Of a stretch of DNA of 64,000 nucleotides, positions 38,117-49,389 are shown one piece after another; the first letter of the stretch is position 1, and each line of letters opens with the position of its first letter. Under the pieces are notes generated by a model. It was not told the DNA's origin. It ran no database searches and saw only the letters and a list, made by a program, of their open reading frames with translations. Source of the stretch: an uncultured Ruminiclostridium sp. (GTDB taxonomy: Bacteria; Bacillota; Clostridia; Oscillospirales; Acutalibacteraceae); NCBI GenBank assembly GCA_902490005.1, contig CABUCM010000009.1, positions 5,834-69,833 on the forward strand, in the 5' to 3' direction. Both the position numbers and the translations under genes were made by a program.

Positions 38117-38157
38117 CCTCCGTAGTGTTTTTTTAGGTCAGGAAGTTGCGACTGACC
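38117..38157 (-). ncRNA. preQ1-I riboswitch (translational)
   Basis: GGTCAG-TCGCAACTTC-CTGACC-TAAAAAAAC-ACTACGGAGG: P1 stem, UCGCAAC loop and A-rich tail abutting the SD of queT. Promoter TTGCTT-17-TAAGAT at 38203-38175. Confidence 0.85.
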
Positions 38158-38352
38158 GCCAAGAGATTGAATTTATCTTACCCCTTTTATGGAAAAAAAG
38201 CAAGCTGCCACGCCATTTTTGTACAGCTTCCATTAAGATTGTCCCAGGCAGGGAAAGAAATGCTTCAAAATGCGAAAAAGAAAAGCTGCTCCGTTTTACG
38301 GAACAGCTTGAAGCTTCCCAAGAAGGGGGTAAGCCCTGATTAAGGGACAAAC

Positions 38353-38607
38353 TTATTCCCCGGTTTTACCAAGCAGGTTGAACCGGAACAGTTTGCTTTC
38401 GTCGTCGGGATTTTCACAGATAATATAGGCTTCGGCGATTTTGCCGCCTTCAATTAACTGGGTTAAACCGACCAGCTGGCAGAGCTTGCTCTTCAAATTC
38501 AATTTGTCGCCTTCTCTGGTTACCAGATAGACGTTCCCCTTACAACTGTCCAGAACAGCCAGAAAATCAGGAACATCCACATTATGAAGCTCGATAGGTG
38601 TTGCCAT
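38353..38607 (-). CDS. Small HPr-like protein (84 aa)
   Basis: Strong RBS AAAGGAGG; GDKLNLKS resembles the HPr Ser46 motif (VNLKS); no GxHARP His15 motif. Confidence 0.65.
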   Translation of the reverse strand: MATPIELHNVDVPDFLAVLDSCKGNVYLVTREGDKLNLKSKLCQLVGLTQLIEGGKIAEAYIICENPDDESKLFRFNLLGKTGE

Positions 38608-38626
38608 GCTGATTCCTCCTTTTCCC

Positions 38627-39379
<753 letters not shown>

Positions 39380-39636
39380 TGACGTCTTCCTTTCGAGGGT
39401 TTCTGAGTTTAATATGCCCCAAAACCTTTGGATATTTGTATCATTTGTAGAAAATAGAAATCGTCGTTTATAGAAAATGCAGTATAAACCCATTGGTTTT
39501 TTGGCTAAAATTTTGACGTTTATTCATAAGGATAGTGGCAACCGGGCGGCGGGCCGGGGGTTGGAGACAATTGTCAAACAGCTTTTTTTATTGTATACTA
39601 AAGACAAAATGAAAAACATTGACAGGAGCGATAACG

Positions 39637-41157
39637 ATGGATAAATTCTGGAAACAGTTCAAAAGCGGTACGGATATCAGAGGGGTGGCCTCGGAAGGCG
39701 TAGCTGGACAGGAAATCAACCTGACCGACGAGGTGGTAGAGAAAATTTCCGCCGGATTTGTCCTGTGGCTTTCTGAAAAGGCGCAGAAGCCCGCCAGCCA
39801 GCTGACTGTTTCGGTGGGGCATGACAGCAGAATCTCCGCTTCCCGGATTCAGGCGGCGGTGGTCAGAGCGCTGGAACCTGCGGGCGTTACCGTGTACGAC
39901 TGCGGGCTGGCGTCCACTCCGTCTATGTTTATGACCACCATCGATTTAAAGTGTGACGGCGCGGTGCAGATTACCGCCAGCCATCACCCATTTAACCGCA
40001 ACGGATTAAAATTTTTCACCCCTGACGGCGGCTTGGAAAGTGACGACATTACCGCGTTGCTGGCCTTGGCGGAAGCGGGGAAAAAGCCGGAAAACGCGCC
40101 TGGCGGCAGTGTGAAGCAGGCGGCGTATATGAAGGATTACGCCAAGCATCTACGGGATATTATCTGTCAAGGGGTGAACGCGGATGATTACGACCGCCCG
40201 TTGGCGGGGTTTCATATTGTGGTGGACGCGGGCAACGGCGCCGGCGGTTTTTACGCCAGCGACGTGCTGGCGCCTTTGGGAGCGGATGTGACCGGCAGCC
40301 AGTTTTTAAATCCGGACGGCATGTTCCCCAACCACATTCCCAACCCGGAAAATGAGGAGGCGATGGCCTCCATCTGCAAAGCGGTGAAGAAGCAAAACGC
40401 GGATTTGGGCGTTATTTTCGACACTGACGTGGACAGGGGCGGCGCCGTGGACAACCGGGGCGAGGAGATCAACCGGAACCGTTTGGTGGCGGTAGCCGCT
40501 GCCATCGCCCTTGAGGGAAACGAAGGGGGTACCGTTGTCACCGATTCCATCACCTCCAGCGGCTTGAAGCTTTATATTGAAAATACGTTAGGGGGTAAAC
40601 ACCACCGGTTTAAACGGGGCTATAAAAACGTGATTAACGAAGCCCTCCGGCTGAATCAGGAGGGGATTAACTGCCCGCTGGCCATTGAAACCTCCGGCCA
40701 CGCGGCGCTGCGGGAGAATTATTTCCTGGATGACGGCGCCTATCTGGTCACCAAGATCATTATTAAAATGGCCCGGCTGAAAAAGGAGGGGAAGACCCTG
40801 GATTCCCTGTTGGCGCCGCTGCAGGAGCCGAAGGAAAGCGTAGAGGTCCGCATGCCTATTTTGGCGGAGGACTTCAGAGCCTGCGGGGAGCGGGTGATTT
40901 CCGGCCTGGAAGCCTACGCCAAGGCGCACAGCGGCTGGCAGATTGCTCCCGATAACCATGAGGGCATTCGGGTGTCCTTCGGCAAAAACCAGGGCGAGGG
41001 CTGGTTTTTGCTGCGCCTCAGCGTCCATGACCCTATTATGCCTCTGAATATCGAAAGCGACGCTGAAGGAGGCGTGAAAATCATTGCCAATCAGCTGTAT
41101 GATTACATAAAAACCGTAGAAAACGTGGAAATTTCGCCCTTGGAAAACCTTCTGTAA
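39637..41157 (+). CDS. Phosphoglucomutase/phosphomannomutase
   Basis: SGTDIRG, ITASH phosphoserine loop, FDTDVDR, ETSGH. Confidence 0.93.
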   Translation: MDKFWKQFKSGTDIRGVASEGVAGQEINLTDEVVEKISAGFVLWLSEKAQKPASQLTVSVGHDSRISASRIQAAVVRALEPAGVTVYDCGLASTPSMFMTTIDLKCDGAVQITASHHPFNRNGLKFFTPDGGLESDDITALLALAEAGKKPENAPGGSVKQAAYMKDYAKHLRDIICQGVNADDYDRPLAGFHIVVDAGNGAGGFYASDVLAPLGADVTGSQFLNPDGMFPNHIPNPENEEAMASICKAVKKQNADLGVIFDTDVDRGGAVDNRGEEINRNRLVAVAAAIALEGNEGGTVVTDSITSSGLKLYIENTLGGKHHRFKRGYKNVINEALRLNQEGINCPLAIETSGHAALRENYFLDDGAYLVTKIIIKMARLKKEGKTLDSLLAPLQEPKESVEVRMPILAEDFRACGERVISGLEAYAKAHSGWQIAPDNHEGIRVSFGKNQGEGWFLLRLSVHDPIMPLNIESDAEGGVKIIANQLYDYIKTVENVEISPLENLL

Positions 41158-41348
41158 AACAAAAAGCGAAAAGGTCCCGGCTTTGGATATTCCCTTAGCT
41201 GGGATCTTTTTAAATGCTTAAAAAAGCAACGCCTTTCCTTTCTTTTGACGGCTTGAGCACCCGTCATTATGCCGGTTTTGGTGAAGCTCTTGCTCTTGTC
41301 TAAGCTTTTCATCTCACCCGGCTAACGTGCAGCTTTTAGCAGAGGCAG

Positions 41349-41381
41349 AAAAAAGCACGAAGCAAAGCTTCGTGCTTTTTT
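41349..41381. terminator. Bidirectional terminator
   Basis: A6-GCACGAAGC/GCTTCGTGC-T6. Confidence 0.85.
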
Positions 41382-41432
41382 GAGAGGAGAAAAATTTTGA
41401 AAAAAGCGAGGGATATCAATACAAAGGAGGGA

Positions 41433-42614
41433 TTAGAAATCAACCTTGGTGCCGTAGAAGGTAGCCTTTAACAGCTGTTCCATCTGGGCGGGAGTGATGC
41501 TTCTGGGATTAGAACCGGTGCAGGCATCTCCCACAGCGTTGGCAGCCACCTCAGGCAGCTTCTCTAAGAATTCCGCTTCGTTGATGCCGAAATCCTTCAG
41601 AGTCTTGGGGATATTCAGCTTCACATTGTAGTCGTCGATCTTGGCGCACAGAGCCTCCACCAGTTCGTCGTCGGTGTTGCCGGGAAGGTTCACGGATTTA
41701 GCGATGGCGGCATAGCGTTTCTTCGCGGTGGCATCCTTCGCGTTGTACTGAATCACGTAAGGCAGATAGATGGCGTTGGCGCAGCCGTGGGGAATATGCC
41801 CGGTGCTGTAGGCGGCGCCTGTTTTATGCGCCATAGAATGTACAATACCCAGCAAAGCGTTGGAGAAAGCCATACCGGCGAGGCACTGGGCATAATGCAT
41901 TTGCTCTCTGGCGGACATATCGCCGTTGTAGGAAGCCGGCAGATATTCAAATACCATGCTGATGGCCTTTAACGCCAGCGGATCGGTAAAGGGAGAATTC
42001 AAGGTGGAAACATAAGCTTCGATAGCGTGGGTCAAAGCGTCCATGCCGGTATGTGCGGTCAGCTTCTGAGGCATGGTCTCCGCCAGATCCGGGTCGACAA
42101 TGGCTACATCAGGCGTAATGTTGAAGTCGGCCAGAGGATATTTGATCCCCTTCTGGTAATCAGTGATAACAGAAAAGGCGGTTACTTCGGTAGCGGTACC
42201 GGAGGTGGAAGGAATCGCCAGGAATTTTGCCTTCTGGCGCAGGGTGGGGAAGCCAAAAGGAGTAATCAGGTCTTCAAACTTGGTGTCCGGATACTCGTAA
42301 AAAGCCCACATGGCCTTTGCCGCGTCGATGGGAGAACCGCCGCCGATGGATACGATCCAGTCAGGCTGGAATTCCTGCATGGCCTTAGCGCCCTTCATCA
42401 CGGTTTCTACGGAAGGATCCGGCTCAACGCCTTCAAATAACATGGTCTCAATGCCGGCCTCGTGAAGGTTGTCGACTACTTTGTCTAAAAAGCCGAAACG
42501 CTTCATAGAACCGCCGCCGACCACGACGATGGCCTTTTTCCCCTTTAAGGTCTTTAATTCGTCGATGGAGCCTTTGCCATAATAGATGTCCCTGGGGAGT
42601 GTAAATCTTGACAT
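41433..42614 (-). CDS. Iron-containing (NADPH-dependent butanol-type) alcohol dehydrogenase
   Basis: GGGSM, GGGSPIDAAK, DALTHA, HSMAH, HGCANA. Confidence 0.93.
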   Translation of the reverse strand: MSRFTLPRDIYYGKGSIDELKTLKGKKAIVVVGGGSMKRFGFLDKVVDNLHEAGIETMLFEGVEPDPSVETVMKGAKAMQEFQPDWIVSIGGGSPIDAAKAMWAFYEYPDTKFEDLITPFGFPTLRQKAKFLAIPSTSGTATEVTAFSVITDYQKGIKYPLADFNITPDVAIVDPDLAETMPQKLTAHTGMDALTHAIEAYVSTLNSPFTDPLALKAISMVFEYLPASYNGDMSAREQMHYAQCLAGMAFSNALLGIVHSMAHKTGAAYSTGHIPHGCANAIYLPYVIQYNAKDATAKKRYAAIAKSVNLPGNTDDELVEALCAKIDDYNVKLNIPKTLKDFGINEAEFLEKLPEVAANAVGDACTGSNPRSITPAQMEQLLKATFYGTKVDF

Positions 42615-42652
42615 AAAAAAGCCTCCTGTTTTGTAAAGATTGCTGATCGTGT

Positions 42653-42670
42653 TTGTGAATTAGATAACAA
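42653..42670. promoter_or_regulatory. Rex (NADH/NAD+ sensing repressor) operator
   Basis: TTGTGAA-ttag-ATAACAA is close to the TTGTGAA-N4-TTCACAA consensus and lies just upstream of a fermentative ADH. Confidence 0.72.
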
Positions 42671-42881
42671 TCTTTTGATGGTTTTATATTACTACTTTGA
42701 TAAAAAAATATCAATATAACGAATGCACAATTATAAATAATATATTTTGTTTATAATATCGAAAAATAAAAAAGAAGAAAGAATCTGGCTGTTTTTTCAT
42801 GGTTATGATATAATAATTTTGGTTTCATATTATTGTTTATATTTTTTGAAAAATGAATGACATAAAAAGGAGATAACATAT

Positions 42882-43637
42882 ATGAGATTTATTTCTTGGA
42901 ATGTAAACGGGCTGCGCGCCTGCTTGACCAAGGGTTTCCCGGAATTTTTTCAAGAAATTGACGCTGATTTCTTTTGCCTGCAGGAAACTAAAATGCAGCA
43001 GGGCCAAGCGGAGCTTTCTCTGCCGGGTTACCACCAATATTGGAACAGCGCCGTTCGCAAGGGTTATTCCGGCACCGCTGTTTTTACGAAAGAAAAGCCC
43101 TTGTCCGTAACCTATGGCTTGGGATTGGAAGAACACGATCAAGAGGGGAGAGTCATCACCCTGGAATTCCCTGGTTTTTATTTGGTGACGGTGTATACCC
43201 CTAATTCCCAGGATGGGCTGAAAAGGCTTTCCTACCGCATGGATTGGGAAGACGCGTTCCGGGAGTATTTGAAAAAATTAGATGAAAAAAAGCCTGTGGT
43301 GGTCTGCGGCGATATGAATGTGGCTCATCAGGAGATGGATTTGAAAAATCCCAAAACCAATCGGAAGAACGCGGGATTTACCGATGAGGAGCGGGAACGC
43401 TTCTCACAGCTGCTGGCCGCGGGCTTTACAGATTCCTACCGGTATATGTACCCGGAGAAAATTGAATATTCCTGGTGGTCCTACCGGTTTAACGCCAGAA
43501 AGAACAACGCCGGGTGGCGTATTGATTATTTTCTGGTCAGCGACCGGGTCAAGGAACAGATTCAGGAGGCCAAAATCCATACCCAGGTGCTGGGCAGCGA
43601 CCATTGCCCGGTAGAGCTGGATATCAAGCTTTCCTGA
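42882..43637 (+). CDS. xth: Exodeoxyribonuclease III / AP endonuclease
   Basis: [34 protein letters not shown]. Confidence 0.96.
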   Translation: MRFISWNVNGLRACLTKGFPEFFQEIDADFFCLQETKMQQGQAELSLPGYHQYWNSAVRKGYSGTAVFTKEKPLSVTYGLGLEEHDQEGRVITLEFPGFYLVTVYTPNSQDGLKRLSYRMDWEDAFREYLKKLDEKKPVVVCGDMNVAHQEMDLKNPKTNRKNAGFTDEERERFSQLLAAGFTDSYRYMYPEKIEYSWWSYRFNARKNNAGWRIDYFLVSDRVKEQIQEAKIHTQVLGSDHCPVELDIKLS

Positions 43638-43732
43638 CCCTAGGAGCTTGGGCGCGGAGGCTGGGATTTCTTTTGACAAGCGAAGCCGGGTGTGATAAGC
43701 TGAAGATATGAAGAGGCTGCGGAGGTGTTTTT

Positions 43733-44050
43733 ATGGATAATAGGGTAAAGGCTGCTTTTTCCTATGTATTCGGCTGGATTACCGGGATCATTTTTTTAGC
43801 GATTGAAAAGGATGACGAGTTTGTACGAAAAAGCGCGGCCCAGTCTTTTGTGCTCAGCGTTCTGCTGATGATTTGCCATGTTTTGGTGTTCTGGATTCCG
43901 ATCATCGGCCCGGTGCTTTCCGGATGCCTTGGCTTCGGCGGATTTTTGCTGTGGGTTATCCTCATCGTGAAGGCGGTCCAAAACATTTATTTCCGGCTGC
44001 CGGTAATCAGCGCCATTTCGGAAAACTATGTTGTCCGGTGGTTTCGCTGA
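43733..44050 (+). CDS. Small membrane protein (DUF4870/Tic20-like)
   Basis: SY..GWITGIIFL..EK...FVR..A.QS, three TM helices, FRLPVI. Confidence 0.7.
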   Translation: MDNRVKAAFSYVFGWITGIIFLAIEKDDEFVRKSAAQSFVLSVLLMICHVLVFWIPIIGPVLSGCLGFGGFLLWVILIVKAVQNIYFRLPVISAISENYVVRWFR

Positions 44051-44389
44051 AATAGGGATGCGCCGGTCAAGAAATCAGATATCACCACATATTTAGGAAA
44101 AGAACGGTTAAGGGAGCGTCCGCGGGCCTGAAATGGGCCTGCGGATTTTTTGATGGGCAATTTGCCAGGTCCCGTGGGAATTGCATGAAGAGGCTCCCGG
44201 AAGCTGTTCTTTTTTTGTCAATTTCTATGTTAAGTGAACATTTTGTGATGGTTCTGTCAAAATCCAAGGAGTTTGCCGGTTTGTTCATAAAATGTTAACA
44301 TTTTTAAGACATCTTTCGTCTAATATAAATAAGGAATAAACGGCGGGACAGGGGTTCCGTTGTTGAAATAGTGAGGAGTTGAAACGCAA

Positions 44390-45472
44390 ATGATAGAGGT
44401 AAAAAACCTCAAAAAGCGGTATGGCAATAAGCTGGCTGTGGACGACGTCAGCTTTACCGTGGAAAATGGGGAGATCCTAGGCTTCCTGGGGCCGAACGGC
44501 GCCGGAAAATCAACCACCATGAATATCATTACCGGTTATCTGTCTTCTACCGAGGGCACGGTGACCATCGACGGGTGCGAGATTTTGGAAGATCCTACCG
44601 GTGCGAAATCCAAGATTGGGTATCTGCCCGAATTCCCGCCATTGTATCCAGATATGACCGTTATCAAATACCTGGAATTCATGTATGACCTGAAGAAGGT
44701 AAAACTTCCGAAAAAGGCCCACATAGCCGAGGTCTGCGACCTGGTGAAGATCACCCATGTAAAGGACCGTGTAATCAAGAACCTTTCTAAGGGCTATAAG
44801 CAGCGTGTCGGCCTGGCCCAGGCGTTGCTGGGCAACCCGGAGCTGCTGATTCTAGACGAGCCGACGGTGGGCTTGGACCCCAAGCAGATTATTGAGATCA
44901 GAAATCTGATTAAAAGCCTGGGCAAAAAGCATACGGTCATTTTGTCGTCTCACGTTCTGCCTGAGGTACAGGCCACCTGTGACCGGGTAATCGTCATCAA
45001 TAAAGGCTCCATCGTAGCCGACGATACCCCCGAGAACCTGTCCAAAAAGCTGACGGGCGAACATAAGCTGGTGGTGCGCATCGACGGCAGGGAGCAGGAG
45101 GTTTACAGTACGCTGAAAGCCATCGACGGCATGATCGCGGTGACGAAGGAGGGCGAGAAAGAGCCCGGCGTATATGAGTTCACCATTGAGGCGAAACCGG
45201 ATCTGGATATCCGCCGCCCGCTGTTCCGCGCCATGGCGAAAAGAGATTTCCCGATTTTAGCCATACGCAACGCGGAGCTGACGCTGGAGGATATCTTCCT
45301 GCAGCTGACTGATGAAAATCAGAACCGTACTTCTATCCGCTCTATGATGGAAGAAGAGGTTGTTTCTTCCTCCGCCGCGGATTTGAAAGACGTAGCCAGG
45401 GCGGTTGTGGAATCTCAAAGCGCGGAGGCTGACAGCGAGGATACTACTGAGAACGGGGGCGAAGATCAATGA
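44390..45472 (+). CDS. ABC-2 type ATP-binding protein (GldA-like)
   Basis: GPNGAGKSTT, LSKGYKQRVG, LDEPTVGLDP. Confidence 0.93.
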   Translation: MIEVKNLKKRYGNKLAVDDVSFTVENGEILGFLGPNGAGKSTTMNIITGYLSSTEGTVTIDGCEILEDPTGAKSKIGYLPEFPPLYPDMTVIKYLEFMYDLKKVKLPKKAHIAEVCDLVKITHVKDRVIKNLSKGYKQRVGLAQALLGNPELLILDEPTVGLDPKQIIEIRNLIKSLGKKHTVILSSHVLPEVQATCDRVIVINKGSIVADDTPENLSKKLTGEHKLVVRIDGREQEVYSTLKAIDGMIAVTKEGEKEPGVYEFTIEAKPDLDIRRPLFRAMAKRDFPILAIRNAELTLEDIFLQLTDENQNRTSIRSMMEEEVVSSSAADLKDVARAVVESQSAEADSEDTTENGGEDQ

Positions 45473-46173
45473 GCGCAGTGATGAAGAGGGAATTGAATTC
45501 CTATTTTTCTTCGGCGATCGGCTATATTTTTATTGCGGTGTTCTATGTGTTTGCTGGTTTTTACTTTTTTGTAACCTGCCTTCTTAGCGGGAATTCCAGC
45601 CTAACTTATACTTTTTCCAATATGTTTGCCATTGCGGTTTTCCTGGTGCCTGTTTTGACCATGCGCCTGTGGAGTGAAGAAAAGAAGCAAAAAACCGATC
45701 AAGCGTTGTTTACCGCTCCGGTTAAGCTTCTGCCCATTGTTCTGGGCAAATATTTCGCCGCGCTGGTCATTTATGCCATCAGCCTTGCGATTTTCCTGGT
45801 TTTTGGCCTGGTGATATCTTGCTTTGTTACCCCGGAATGGCCCGTGATTATCGGAAATCTTTTGGGACTATTCCTGTTGGGGGCGGCCTTAATCGCCATC
45901 GGCATGTTCCTTTCCGCCTTGACGGAGAATCAGGTGATCGCCGCGGTTTCCGGTTTTGCGGTAGGCCTGCTGATTATGATGCTGGATTCCATCGGCTCTC
46001 TGTTCAGCAATACGTTTTTGGTGTCTATTTTCACAAACCTTTCCTTTAACGCTCACTACACCAACTTTACCACTGGTTTGTTGAATTTTGTTGACATCAT
46101 CTTCTTCTTGAGCGTCATCGCGGTCTTTGTGTTTTCCACCGTTCGCGTATTCGAGAAGAAGAGATGGAGCTAA
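45469..46173 (+). CDS. ABC-2 permease (GldF-like)
   Basis: KREL.SYF.S, TMRLWSEEKK..TDQ.L.T.P, six TM helices. Confidence 0.88.
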   Translation: MSAVMKRELNSYFSSAIGYIFIAVFYVFAGFYFFVTCLLSGNSSLTYTFSNMFAIAVFLVPVLTMRLWSEEKKQKTDQALFTAPVKLLPIVLGKYFAALVIYAISLAIFLVFGLVISCFVTPEWPVIIGNLLGLFLLGAALIAIGMFLSALTENQVIAAVSGFAVGLLIMMLDSIGSLFSNTFLVSIFTNLSFNAHYTNFTTGLLNFVDIIFFLSVIAVFVFSTVRVFEKKRWS

Positions 46174-46188
46174 GGGAGGTGCTGTGAA

Positions 46189-47715
46189 ATGAATCTGAAG
46201 AAAAAAGAAACAGAGAAGGCGGCGCCTGAAAAGAACCTGGAGCCGGTTTTGGAAACCGGCAAGCCCGCCAAGAAAAACATTTTCAAAAGCAGAAAGTTTA
46301 AGTATGGCGGAATCGCCACGGTCATTACGGTGCTGTTTATCGTGGTGGTCATCGTAATCAATATGATTATGGGTGTTTTGGATTCTAGAGTGGTCATGGA
46401 GGTAGACTTGACCCCGAACAAGGTTTACGGACTGACCCAGGAATCAATTGATTTTGTCCAGGGCTTGGATAAGGATGTGGAGATTGACATCCTGAGCAGC
46501 AAGGATTCCTTTGAAAACAACGGCCAGTATTATGTACAGGCCGCGGCCATCATTGAGAATTACAGTAAATACTCCAACCGGGTAACGGTAAATTATGTGG
46601 ACCTGGTGAAGAATCCCACCTATGCCGCCAGCTATGAAAACGAAAGCCTGGCTGTCAACGACGTTATGGTCAAATGCGGCGAAAAGCATAAGCTGGTAAA
46701 GTCCAGCGACCTGTTTAACAGCGAAATGAACTATAGCACCTTCAGCTACGTGGTCACTTCTTCCAAAGCGGAGCAAAGCGTCACCTCCGCGCTGGTAAAC
46801 GTCACCAGCGACGAAATCACCAAGGTGGCGATTCTGAAGGGGTATGACGAGGCGGATGCTTCCACCTTGACCTCCCTGCTCACCAGCAATAATTTCGATG
46901 TGGAAGAAGTAAACATCGTTACGGACGAGATCCCTGAGGATGCGAAACTGGCGGTTATTTTCTCTCCCGGACGGGATTATGACCAGGCATCTTTGAAAAA
47001 GGTGGACGCTTTCCTGAGCAACGGCGAAAAGCTGGGAAAATCCCTGGTATTTGTCGCGGGAACCCAGCCGGATCAAATCCCCGAGCTGAACGCGTTCCTT
47101 GAGGAATGGGGAATGGGAATTGAAAGCGGCGTTTTGTTTGAGATGAGCACAGACCACCTGTTCAGCAACACGTCCCCCTTCCAGTCCATTGTGGATTATG
47201 AGAATGAGGATTATTCCGCGGCGATCACCAATAAAAATATCCCGGTTGCTATTTTCCAGAGCAGGGCTGTTGAAATTCTGCAGGAAAGGGATTCCATTAA
47301 GGTCCTGCTGCAGTCCTCCGAGAATTCCGGCATTTATCCGGCGGACGCGGCCGAGGATTGGCAGCCCGAGGAAAGCGATTTAGTCGGCCCGATTCCCGTG
47401 GCGGCGGTTTCCACCAAGCAGGTTTCCGGTGTGGATGACGCCTCCAATGTGGCTGTGATCGGTTCCGCGGCGGCCTTCGCTTCCAGCTTCCTTTCTTCGA
47501 CTTCTCTGAACAATTCCGCTTACTTTATCAATATGTTCAACACTCTGGCGGAGCGCGAGGATACGGTTATGATCGAAGCGAAAACCTTAGGCGGCGCTAC
47601 CATGAATATTATGACCAATGTGTCGATCCCGCTGGGCGTGGTCTTTACCATTGTACTGCCCCTTCTTATTCTGGTAACAGGCTTGGTGATCTGGATTCGC
47701 AGGAGGAATCGCTAA
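46189..47715 (+). CDS. GldG-family ABC auxiliary component
   Basis: N- and C-terminal TM helices, DLT.NK.Y.L, EQ..TSAL, G..E, C-terminal WIRRR. Confidence 0.82.
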   Translation: MNLKKKETEKAAPEKNLEPVLETGKPAKKNIFKSRKFKYGGIATVITVLFIVVVIVINMIMGVLDSRVVMEVDLTPNKVYGLTQESIDFVQGLDKDVEIDILSSKDSFENNGQYYVQAAAIIENYSKYSNRVTVNYVDLVKNPTYAASYENESLAVNDVMVKCGEKHKLVKSSDLFNSEMNYSTFSYVVTSSKAEQSVTSALVNVTSDEITKVAILKGYDEADASTLTSLLTSNNFDVEEVNIVTDEIPEDAKLAVIFSPGRDYDQASLKKVDAFLSNGEKLGKSLVFVAGTQPDQIPELNAFLEEWGMGIESGVLFEMSTDHLFSNTSPFQSIVDYENEDYSAAITNKNIPVAIFQSRAVEILQERDSIKVLLQSSENSGIYPADAAEDWQPEESDLVGPIPVAAVSTKQVSGVDDASNVAVIGSAAAFASSFLSSTSLNNSAYFINMFNTLAEREDTVMIEAKTLGGATMNIMTNVSIPLGVVFTIVLPLLILVTGLVIWIRRRNR

Positions 47716-47717
47716 GG

Positions 47718-49190
47718 ATGAAAAAAAATATTCGAATTATGATTATCTCGGTGGCCGCCGTAGTAGTTTTGGTGGCCATGCTGGTGATATTGATGAACCT
47801 CCCCTCATCGGGAGGAGACGACGCCTCCGGCGCGGCGTCTAGCACCGCTATTTCGTTGAACACCAAAACTGCCGACGACATTTCCAAGGTTGAGGTGAAA
47901 AATGACGGCGGCAGCTACTGGGTAGATTTGAAGAACGCGGACAGCTCCCAAGTTGAGGGACTGGACGGCTTTGCGTTGAATACCACGTCCCTTTCCGCGT
48001 TAAAGTCGGACTGTGCCGGTGTTTCCGCCACCCAGCTGGTGGAGGAACAGGCGGATGACCTGTCCATCTATGGCTTGGACAATCCAAAGGCGCAGGCGAC
48101 GGTCACTTATAAGGATGGGGAAACCCTTACCATCGCCGTGGGCAATCAGGCGGCGGGCAACGCGGGAACCTATGTCACTGTAAACGGTGAAAAGAAGGTT
48201 TACCTGTTTAACAGCACGAAGGTGGATACCTTCTCCTACCCGCTGATGGAGTATGTTTCCAAGGCCATCACGCCTTCTCAGGAGGAAGCGGTGGCCGCGG
48301 CCAATGGCGGAGATGTTTCTTCCAGCGCCGACGGCCAGGCCCAGACTCCTGAATTTGCTAAGATGACCCTTTCCGGCACGGTTCGGGAGGAGCCTATTGT
48401 GGTTGAGCCGGCGGAATCGATTTCCGGTATTTCCCAGTTTAATATTACTTCTCCTAAGGTGAAGTCAGCTGACTATACCAAGATCTCGGAATATATGGGG
48501 GTTGTTTACGGCTTGAACGCCGACGAGGTGGTAGCCATCAATCCCACAGACGCTGACCTGGAAACCTACGGCTTAAAAGATCCCTATTCCAAGCTGGTGG
48601 CGGATTTCGACATCGGCACCGTCACGCTGATGACCTCCGCGCCGGATGCGGCTGGAAATGTGTGCATCATGAACGGCGACAGGCCCAATGTGATTTACCG
48701 GATGTCTGCGGAAACCCTGACCTGGATTAATGCCACTTACAAGGATCTGGCTTCCACGCTGCTCTTCACTCCTAATATCAAAGAGGTGAAGACGATGACC
48801 GTGACCACGCCGGACAAAACCTATGTGTTCCACCTAACCAGCGTGGCGGACGAAGAGAACGACAAGAAGTTCACCACCACCATCACCTATGACGGCAAGG
48901 AATTGGATGAGGATCTCTTTAAGGATTATTATCAAAACATGATTTCTGTTTCTACCGATGAAGAAACCGCCGATCAGCCCACTGGGGATCCTATTTTCTC
49001 GGTCAAGTATGAGTATACGGATTCCAGCAGGACGCCCGATGTGGTGGAATATTACGAGGCTAGTTCCAGAAGAGTGTTCATTTCCTTTAACGGCCAGTGC
49101 GATTCCCTGACAAAATCCACTTATGTGGAAAAAATGATCCAAGATACCGAAAAGGTGGTCAAGGGGGAAGAGATTACCGCTGTCCTGTAA
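47718..49190 (+). CDS. DUF4340-domain membrane-anchored protein
   Basis: Two L..YGL..P repeats; usual position after GldG. Confidence 0.75.
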   Translation: MKKNIRIMIISVAAVVVLVAMLVILMNLPSSGGDDASGAASSTAISLNTKTADDISKVEVKNDGGSYWVDLKNADSSQVEGLDGFALNTTSLSALKSDCAGVSATQLVEEQADDLSIYGLDNPKAQATVTYKDGETLTIAVGNQAAGNAGTYVTVNGEKKVYLFNSTKVDTFSYPLMEYVSKAITPSQEEAVAAANGGDVSSSADGQAQTPEFAKMTLSGTVREEPIVVEPAESISGISQFNITSPKVKSADYTKISEYMGVVYGLNADEVVAINPTDADLETYGLKDPYSKLVADFDIGTVTLMTSAPDAAGNVCIMNGDRPNVIYRMSAETLTWINATYKDLASTLLFTPNIKEVKTMTVTTPDKTYVFHLTSVADEENDKKFTTTITYDGKELDEDLFKDYYQNMISVSTDEETADQPTGDPIFSVKYEYTDSSRTPDVVEYYEASSRRVFISFNGQCDSLTKSTYVEKMIQDTEKVVKGEEITAVL

Positions 49191-49220
49191 TTTTTGATCT
49201 AGAAAAAAGAAACGAAATAG

Positions 49221-49257
49221 AAGAGGCCCGTCTCAAATGAGACGGGCCTCTTTTCTT
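49221..49257. terminator. Intrinsic terminator
   Basis: AAGAGGCCCGTCTCA/TGAGACGGGCCTCTT followed by TTCTT. Confidence 0.85.
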
Positions 49258-49389
49258 GGGAAAAAAGCATTGAAAAAGCTGAAACGCAAATAAAACAGAG
49301 CCTCACAGCCGGTTTCCTGCTTGTGAGGCCCCTTTTTCGATATCGCCGCGGAAAGACAAAGCGAATAGTTACGTCCGAAGGACAAACCC

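Noticed and set aside
39553..39573. G-rich run upstream of the phosphohexomutase as a G-quadruplex
   Set aside because: Irregular G-tracts and no supporting evidence.
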